From an uncultured delta proteobacterium (GTDB lineage: Bacteria > Desulfobacterota > Desulfomonilia > UBA1062), in NCBI GenBank assembly GCA_963752595.1, contig CAVVYZ010000013.1, forward strand, positions 1-64,000: a stretch of 64,000 nt of DNA, in the 5' to 3' direction. Position numbers and translations under genes: made by a program. Shown one piece after another: positions 57,540-64,000 of the stretch. Below the pieces are notes generated by a model. That model was not told the DNA's origin. It worked only from the letters and a program-made list of their open reading frames with translations, and did no database searches. How positions within the stretch are numbered: the first letter of the stretch is position 1; every line of letters begins with the position of its first letter.

Positions 57540-58169
57540 ATGACAATCAGGCAAGTCGGGAAGAAGGGCAAAACCGTTGCACGGATCCTGGAAGCGGCAA
57601 AGGACGAATTTGCCGAGAAGGGTTTTGCCGGTGCACGGGTGGACGAGATTGCGAGGAGGGCAGGGGTCAATAAGGCTGCTCTCTATTATCATATCGGCGA
57701 TAAAGATGCTCTCTATGCAGAGGCTATCCATGATGTCATCGGGGCAGCGGCACAGAGGCTCGCTGAGGATATCGGCAATACCGAGACGCCCGAAGAGAAA
57801 ATAAGAACCTATCTCAAAACACTCATGAAGACCTTTGACGAGAATCCCCAGATGCCCCGCATGATGATGCGGGAGATGGCTTCCGGCGGACATAGCCTGC
57901 CCGGTGTATTTTTTCAGGACCTTTTTTCGATCTTTGGTGTTTTGAGCGCTATCATTGAAGAAGGCAAGGAAACGGGTGTATTTATCGATACGTTTCCGCT
58001 CCTGGTGCATTTCATGGCCATAGGCACAACGGTCATATACAAAACCGTTGTACCGGTCCTTCTTGCATCTGAGCATGCGCCTGATGAGGTGAAAAAATTC
58101 GGGCACAGATATATCCGGCATGCTGCCCGGGAAATAGAGAAGCTGATCCTGAAAGCGATTTTAAAATGA
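57540..58169 (+). CDS. TetR/AcrR-family regulator
   Basis: FAEKGFAGARVDEIARRAGVNKAALYYH; GGAGGG before ATG 57540. Confidence 0.93.
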   Translation: MTIRQVGKKGKTVARILEAAKDEFAEKGFAGARVDEIARRAGVNKAALYYHIGDKDALYAEAIHDVIGAAAQRLAEDIGNTETPEEKIRTYLKTLMKTFDENPQMPRMMMREMASGGHSLPGVFFQDLFSIFGVLSAIIEEGKETGVFIDTFPLLVHFMAIGTTVIYKTVVPVLLASEHAPDEVKKFGHRYIRHAAREIEKLILKAILK

Positions 58170-58199
58170 TGAGCAGATAGTGAATATCCGGGAGGAATA

Positions 58200-59245
58200 A
58201 TGAAGAAGCGTATCATTATCATTATCTTCGTTGCACTGCTTGTCTTAGTGAGCGCACTCGTCTACTACGCGCAGAACAGGGCGAAAAAAGGCGAGATGTA
58301 CTATTCCGGCACCATCGAGGCAACGACGTCCAATCTGGCCTTCCAGGTGGCCGGGCATGTTACGGCTGTCCCTGCACAGGAAGGCAGGGCCGTCAAGAAA
58401 GGCCAGACCCTTGCAGAGCTCGACAGTGCGGAATTCATGGCCAGGCTCGATCAGGCACAGGCAAGCCTGGATAAGGCGTTCAAGTCAAAAGAGCAGCTGA
58501 AGGATCTGCTCCGGATCTATACGGACACTCTCCCCGGAGATGTCAAACGGGCACAGGCCAATGTTTTCATAGCAAAAAACACCATGCTCGATGCGCAGAG
58601 AAACACTGAAAGGTATGAGGAGCTTTTCAGGCGCGGTGTGGTCTCGGAAAAGGAGCGGGATACCGTGAGGCTCAACTCCGAGAATGCACAGGCTAAGTTG
58701 AATGAGGCGGAAGCGGCCCTGAAACAGACAAGGGGAAATCTCACGAAGATCGATGCGACACGGAAAGACATCGAGTCGGCTCAGGCTCAGATCAGATCTT
58801 GCCAGGGCAACCTTAAGTCAGGCCAGAATCCAGCTCGGATACACCCGGCTCGTCTGCGCCGTATTCCGGCATTATCACGAGCAGGAATGTGGAGCCCGGC
58901 GAAGTGGTCAGCCCCGGCAGGGAGGTGATTACCCTTGTCCGATCTCTCCGGGTGGACCTGAAGATCTTTGTGGATGAAACGGATATCGGCAAGGTTAGGC
59001 CGGGCCAGAAAGTCAAGGTCGTGGTGGATACCTTCCCGGGCAGGTTTTTCACAGGGTATGTCTCCTACATATCCCCCCAGGCAGAGTTCACCCCGAAGAT
59101 TATCCAGACAAAGAAAGAGCGGGTCAAGCTCGTGTACCTCGTAAAGGTATCCATCCCCAACCCGAAGCTTGAGCTGAAAACAGGGATGCCTGCGGATGCA
59201 TTCCTCAAGATAAAAGCTTTATCAAGGTCAACGATGTCTCCATGA
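58200..59245 (+). CDS. HlyD-family membrane fusion protein (YbhG-like), frameshifted near 58800-58890
   Basis: YSGTIEAT, coiled coil, then EPGEVV…AEFTPKIIQTKKERVKLVY…LKTGMPADA. Confidence 0.88.
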
Positions 59246-59964
59246 GCTTCGGCCGGACCGAAGCCGTCAGCGGTGTAACCATGGAGGTGGAAGCCGGCAC
59301 CATCTTCGGCCTCGTGGGCTCGGACGGGGCAGGAAAGTCGACCCTGCTCAGGATGATCGCCACCATGATAAAGCCGATCTCCGGGACCATCACGGTTGCA
59401 GGGATCGATGTGGTCGAGCAGACGATGGAGGATCAAACCGCTGCATCGGTTACATGCCCCAGCGTTTCGGCCTCTATCAGGACCTGACCGTGGAAGAGAA
59501 CATGGATTTCTTCATGGATATTTTCGGAATCAGGGGCGAAGAGAGGAAAGCGAGAAAGGAGAAATACCTAGGCTTCTCAAACCTGCTGCCTTTCCTGGAC
59601 CGTCAGGCCGGAAATCTGTCAGGAGGGATGAAGCAGAAGCTCGGCCTTGCCTGCGTGCTCGTGCACGAGCCCTCAGGTCCTCATCCTGGACGAGCCGACC
59701 AACGGGGTGGATCCGGTGTCGCGCCAGGAATTCTGGGACATCCTCCTGCAGATGGAGGCGGCCGGCATGACCATCGTGGTCTCCACGGCCTACCTTGATG
59801 AGGGCGAGAAATGCGATATGCTCGGGCTCATGCACAAGTCTCACCTCCTCACGGTTGCAGCACCCTCGGAAATCCGGTCGCAGTACGAGACCCTTGAAGA
59901 GGCGATGATCAGACGCATTCAGGATGTGGACAAGGAGATCCTCCATGACACCTTCAAGCGATGA
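59205..59964 (+). CDS. ABC transporter ATP-binding protein (frameshifted; start approximate)
   Basis: GSDGAGKST, YMPQRFGLY, LSGGMKQKL, LDEPTNGVDP, STAYLDE. Confidence 0.85.
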
Positions 59965-60703
59965 CGTGATCTTCGTGAAAATCTGGAGAAGAGGTTCGGC
60001 GACTTCGTCGCCGTGAACAGGATCAGCTTCTCGGTGAAGAGAGGGGAGATATTCGGCTTCCTCGGGAGCAACGGAAGCGGCAAATCCACCACCATACGCA
60101 TGCTCTGCGGCATCATAACCCCGACATCGGGCGAGGGATGGGTGGCAGGGCACGATATCGTCTCGGAGGCAGAGGAGGTCAAGCATTCCATCGGCTACAT
60201 GTCCCAGAAATTTTCCCTCTATGAAGACCTCACCCCGCTGTGAGAACATCCGGTTCTTCCTCGGCCTTTACAGCGTACCGCAAACGGTCTGTGGAAGGAG
60301 CGCACGGAGTGGGTCCTGGAGATGGCCCGGCTGCAGGAGGTGAAAAACCGGCTCACCAGGGATCTTCCCCAGGGCTGGAGGCAGAGGCTTGCGCTGGGCT
60401 GCGCCCTGCTCCACAAGCCGGAGATCCTTTTTCTGGATGAGCCGACATCCGGCGTGGATCCCATCACCCGAAGGCATTTCTGGGAGTTCATCCGTGAGCT
60501 GTCAGCGCAGGGGATCACCGTGTTCGTGACCACGCATTACATGGACGAGGCGCGAACTGCGGGCGCATCGTCATGATCAATCTCGGGGACATCGTTGCCC
60601 AGGGGAGCCCTGACGAGATCGTCTCGGCAGCATGTCCCGGGCAGACCCGGACGCCGATCTGGATGATGCCTTTATCACGCTCATGGCGAGGGGGAAGCAG
60701 TGA
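59945..60703 (+). CDS. ABC transporter ATP-binding protein (frameshifted)
   Basis: GSNGSGKST, GYMSQKFSLY, LPQGWRQRL, LDEPTSGVDP, TTHYMDEA. Confidence 0.85.
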
Positions 60704-61838
60704 GCCTCCGGAAGATCAATGCAGTCATGCGAAAAGAATTCTACCACCTCATCAGGGATCCCCGGAGCCTTATCCTGGCATTCATCATACCCTTGTGCCT
60801 CATCCTTCTGTTCGGCTATGCCCTGAGCCTGGATGTGAACAATGTCGGAGATCGTGGTCGTGGATTACGACCGGTACGGATCTCAGCCGGGACCTGGTAC
60901 GGCACCTGGATGCCTCGCCGTATTTTCCCGTGAGGAGTCTATGCTTGATAATGCCGGCGAAGTCGCCGAGTTACCTGGATCACGGGTGGGCGAGCATCGG
61001 AATAATCATCCCACCGGATTTTGCACGGCAGATCAGGTCGGACCGCGATGCCCCCGTACAGATTCTCATGGACGGCAGCGATCCCAATTTCTCGAATATC
61101 GCCAGGGGTTATATCAACGGCTTCATGGAAGGGTATAACCAGCAACTCCTCGTACAGTATCTAAACCGCAATGGCATAGAGAAGATAAACCCGCCAGTGG
61201 AAGGACGCATACGGGTCTGGTTCAATGAAGATCTCGAGAGCAGGAAATTCATCATCCCGGGCCTCATCGCCGTAATCATCATGATTGCAGGCGCTATGCT
61301 CACCTCGCTCGTCATCGCACGGGAATACGAGAGCGGTACCATGGAGACCATCAAGTCGCTGCCGCTGACAGCCGGTGAGCTGCTCATAGGGAAATCCATA
61401 CCATATTTCTTCATTGCATTGACCAATGTGCTCATTTCGGTGTTGCTTGGCCAGGTGCTCTTCGACGTGGTCATGAAGGCCGGTTTCTGGCTTCTGATCC
61501 TCGCGTCGTCCCTCTATATCTTCGTAGCGCTCAGCCTGGGGCTCCTGATCTCCACGGTCACGAAGTCCCAGCTCGTGGCAAACCAGGGCGCCATCCTGAT
61601 CACCTACCTGCCTTCGCTCATGCTCTCGAATTTCGTGTTCCCGGTCACGAACATGCCTCTGGTGCTCCAGCTCATTACCTACGTCGTGCCTGCAAAATAC
61701 TATATCGATATCCTGAGCGGCATCTACCTCAAGGACCTGGCATTTGGAAGCCTCTGGCCCGACTTTGCCGTGCTGGCATTCATGTTCGTGCTCCTTGCGG
61801 CGCTCAACGTGAGGCTGCTCAAAAAGGAGGGGCTGTGA
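60700..61838 (+). CDS. ABC-2 permease (YbhS-like), frameshifted near the 5' end
   Basis: RKEFYHLIRDPRSL…LFGYAL, then RVWFNEDLES..FIIPG, AREYESGTME. Confidence 0.88.
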
Positions 61839-62956
61839 GCTGGATAAGGATCAGGGAACTCGTGCGCAAGGAGTTCATCATCCTCTTCAGGGACAGCAGG
61901 AACCGGCGGGTGCTGATCGTTGCGCCGATCATCCAGATCCTCCTCTTCGGCTACGTCGTGAACTACGACATCAAGGACATCCGGGTGGCGGTCATAGACC
62001 AGTCCCGCACCCTTGAGAGCCGGATGCTCATCGATTCCTTCGACGGGAACAGGACCTTCCGCGTCACAAATTACCCCGGAGATCAGAAAGAGCTGGAGGA
62101 GCTGCTCCTCAAGGGAAAGATCGACCTGGGTATCAAGATACCGCCCGATATGGGGAGACTCGTCAGGGAGGGCCGGACCGCCCCTGTTCAGATCCTGGCC
62201 GACGGCAGCATGAGCAACATGGCATCTATCAGGCTTTCGTATACCGTGCTCGTCCTGGATGAGTTCAACAGAAGGATGATCAGGGAGATCAGAGGCCGGA
62301 GCATGGAATACGGCCGGATCGACCCCCGGATCAGGGCATGGTACAACCCGAACATGGACAGCCGGAACTTTTTCGTGCCCGCCATCGTGGCATTCGTGAT
62401 CATGCTCATCTCTCTGCTGCTGACATCGATTGCCGTCATCAGGGAGCGGGAACAGGGCACCATGGAGCAGCTCATCGTGTCGCCCATCAAGGCCGGCGAA
62501 CTCATCATGGGAAAAACCATCCCCTACATCGTCATCTCGGTCGTCCAGATGATCGCGGTCACCATCCTTGCCAAGTTCTGGTTCAGCATCCCCATTGCCG
62601 GGAGCCTGGTTCTGCTGTTTTTCGCCACCTGCCTCTTTCTCCTGAGCACGCTCGGCGTAGGTCTCTTCATCTCGACCGTTTCTTCAACCCAGCAGCAGGC
62701 CATGATGACGACATTCTTCTTCATCCTCCCGTTCTTCATGCTCTCGGGCTTCGTGTTTCCCATTTCCAATATGCCGCTCGTCGTGCAATGGCTCACCTTC
62801 CTCAATCCATTGCGGTACTTCCTCGTTATCTTACGGGGGATATTCCTCAAAGGCGTCGGGCTCCATGTCCTCTGGCCCCAGTTTCTCGCGCTTGCAGTCC
62901 TCGGGGCAATTCTTTTTGCCGGAGCAGTGAGCAGGTTCCACAAGAGGCTCGATTAA
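61835..62956 (+). CDS. ABC-2 permease (YbhR-like)
   Basis: RKEFIILFRD, AWYNPNMDS, REREQGTMEQL, LSGFVFPISNMP, NPLRYF. Confidence 0.93.
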   Translation: MSWIRIRELVRKEFIILFRDSRNRRVLIVAPIIQILLFGYVVNYDIKDIRVAVIDQSRTLESRMLIDSFDGNRTFRVTNYPGDQKELEELLLKGKIDLGIKIPPDMGRLVREGRTAPVQILADGSMSNMASIRLSYTVLVLDEFNRRMIREIRGRSMEYGRIDPRIRAWYNPNMDSRNFFVPAIVAFVIMLISLLLTSIAVIREREQGTMEQLIVSPIKAGELIMGKTIPYIVISVVQMIAVTILAKFWFSIPIAGSLVLLFFATCLFLLSTLGVGLFISTVSSTQQQAMMTTFFFILPFFMLSGFVFPISNMPLVVQWLTFLNPLRYFLVILRGIFLKGVGLHVLWPQFLALAVLGAILFAGAVSRFHKRLD

Positions 62957-63081
62957 CAGGAATCAATGATAGATGGAATGCGGCAGCCGGAAACGGTTTG
63001 CACTGAATATCCCTATTGTCAATCAATACTGTTGGATGATAAAAAGATGCTATCTTGATATCGTGAAGGGAGGAGATTCGT

Positions 63082-63183
63082 ATGGCAAAATCGGCAGATA
63101 CAAAGAAAGAGGAAAAGAAGAAACCCCAGAAAACTGCAAAAGAAAAGAAGCAGGCAAAGGCGGAAAAGAAGAAAGGCAAGTAG
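63082..63183 (+). CDS. 33-aa Lys-rich small basic protein; missing from the ORF track
   Basis: GGGAGGAG RBS; MAKSADTKKEEKKKPQKTAKEKKQAKAEKKKGK then TAG. Confidence 0.7.
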   Translation: MAKSADTKKEEKKKPQKTAKEKKQAKAEKKKGK

Positions 63184-63327
63184 CTGATTTTTCGTATTTT
63201 CAAATAATTTCCTTTCCTTGTTCCGGTGGCTTGAGCGAAACGACCAGTCGCTGGGACAAGGAACCTTCTGCAAAGCAGCGTACGGCTGCTTATCATTTGA
63301 TTATTAGATGCTTTAAGGAGCACAATT

Positions 63328-64000
63328 ATGAATATCATCGTTTCCGGATCGCTGGCCTATGACAGGATTATGGATTTTCCGGGGTATTTTTCGGATCACA
63401 TACTCCCGGACAAGATACATGTCCTGAATGTCTGCTTCCAGGTAGACGGCATGAAAGAGAAATTCGGCGGAACGGCAGGCAACATCGCCTACGCGCTGAC
63501 TCTCATGGGGGAAAAGCCCGTCATTTCTGCTACCATCGGTCAGGATTGCCACCGGTATCTCGACTGGCTGACCAAAATCGGGATCTCTGCCGAGGGTATC
63601 AGGATCATTGAAGACGATTTTACGGCAAGCGCCTATATCACCACTGACCGCGCCGACAACCAGATCACCGGATTCAACCCCGGCGCCATGAAGTACTCTT
63701 CCGAACTTGACCTCGACAAGCTCGATGCGGAAAAGACCATTCTCATCATTTCTCCGGGCAATCTCGGTGACATGGTGAGCTATCCGGGCATCTGCAAGGC
63801 AAGGGGGATCGGGTATATCTTCGATCCTGGCCAGTCGCTGCCCATGCTGGAGGCAAAAGATCTGGTCCGGGCCATAGAAGGGTGCAGGATCCTGATCTCG
63901 AACGACTATGAGCTGGACCTCATCATGAGCAAGACAGGACTAAGCAGGAAGGATCTGGTGCAGAAGGCAGGCGCTATCATCACCACCCTGGGCGAGCTGG
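63328..64000 (+). CDS. PfkB-family carbohydrate/nucleoside kinase (adenosine kinase-like), 3' truncated by the window end
   Basis: AAGGAG RBS; hand translation MNIIVSGSLAYDRIMDFPGYFSDHILPDKIH…FGGTAGNIAY…DNQITGF.PGAM…FDPGQ…NDYE…TTLG. Confidence 0.9.
   Translation, partial: MNIIVSGSLAYDRIMDFPGYFSDHILPDKIHVLNVCFQVDGMKEKFGGTAGNIAYALTLMGEKPVISATIGQDCHRYLDWLTKIGISAEGIRIIEDDFTASAYITTDRADNQITGFNPGAMKYSSELDLDKLDAEKTILIISPGNLGDMVSYPGICKARGIGYIFDPGQSLPMLEAKDLVRAIEGCRILISNDYELDLIMSKTGLSRKDLVQKAGAIITTLGEL

Noticed and set aside
1-64000. Genome-wide TAG reassignment (alternative genetic code)
   Set aside because: Many well-conserved genes end at TAG at their expected C-termini. Only two internal TAGs were seen, one of them in a dead transposase.

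Overview
Bacterial chromosomal DNA of moderately high GC. Gene content (Fur-FeoAB, NifS/NifU plus SufC/SufB-type Fe-S assembly, 2-hydroxyacyl-CoA dehydratase subunits, RRM protein, Cache-PAS hybrid kinase, RND and ABC efflux) suggests a Gram-negative anaerobe of the Deltaproteobacteria/Desulfobacterota type (inference). The first ~10.8 kb is an AT-richer accessory region of envelope and secreted proteins: a two-barrel outer-membrane protein, a second barrel, a metallophosphoesterase interrupted by one in-frame TAG, an alpha/beta-hydrolase lipoprotein, DUF6122, a degraded IS, a 7-repeat beta-propeller lipoprotein, a REP-like hairpin and a 147-bp MITE. The rest is mostly housekeeping, with several uncharacterised gene pairs: a B12 radical SAM plus partner, two unknown enzymes at 20.4-22.7 kb, an ArnT-like plus methyltransferase pair, and a diheme cytochrome c next to a deleted PQQ-dehydrogenase relic. 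Several conserved genes (nifS/nifU, typA, NYN, the ABC operon) carry clustered 1-nt frameshifts that look like long-read consensus errors. No rRNA, tRNA, CRISPR array, integrase or reverse transcriptase was recognised. No single novel system can be demonstrated from sequence alone, so the candidates are ranked in the findings.
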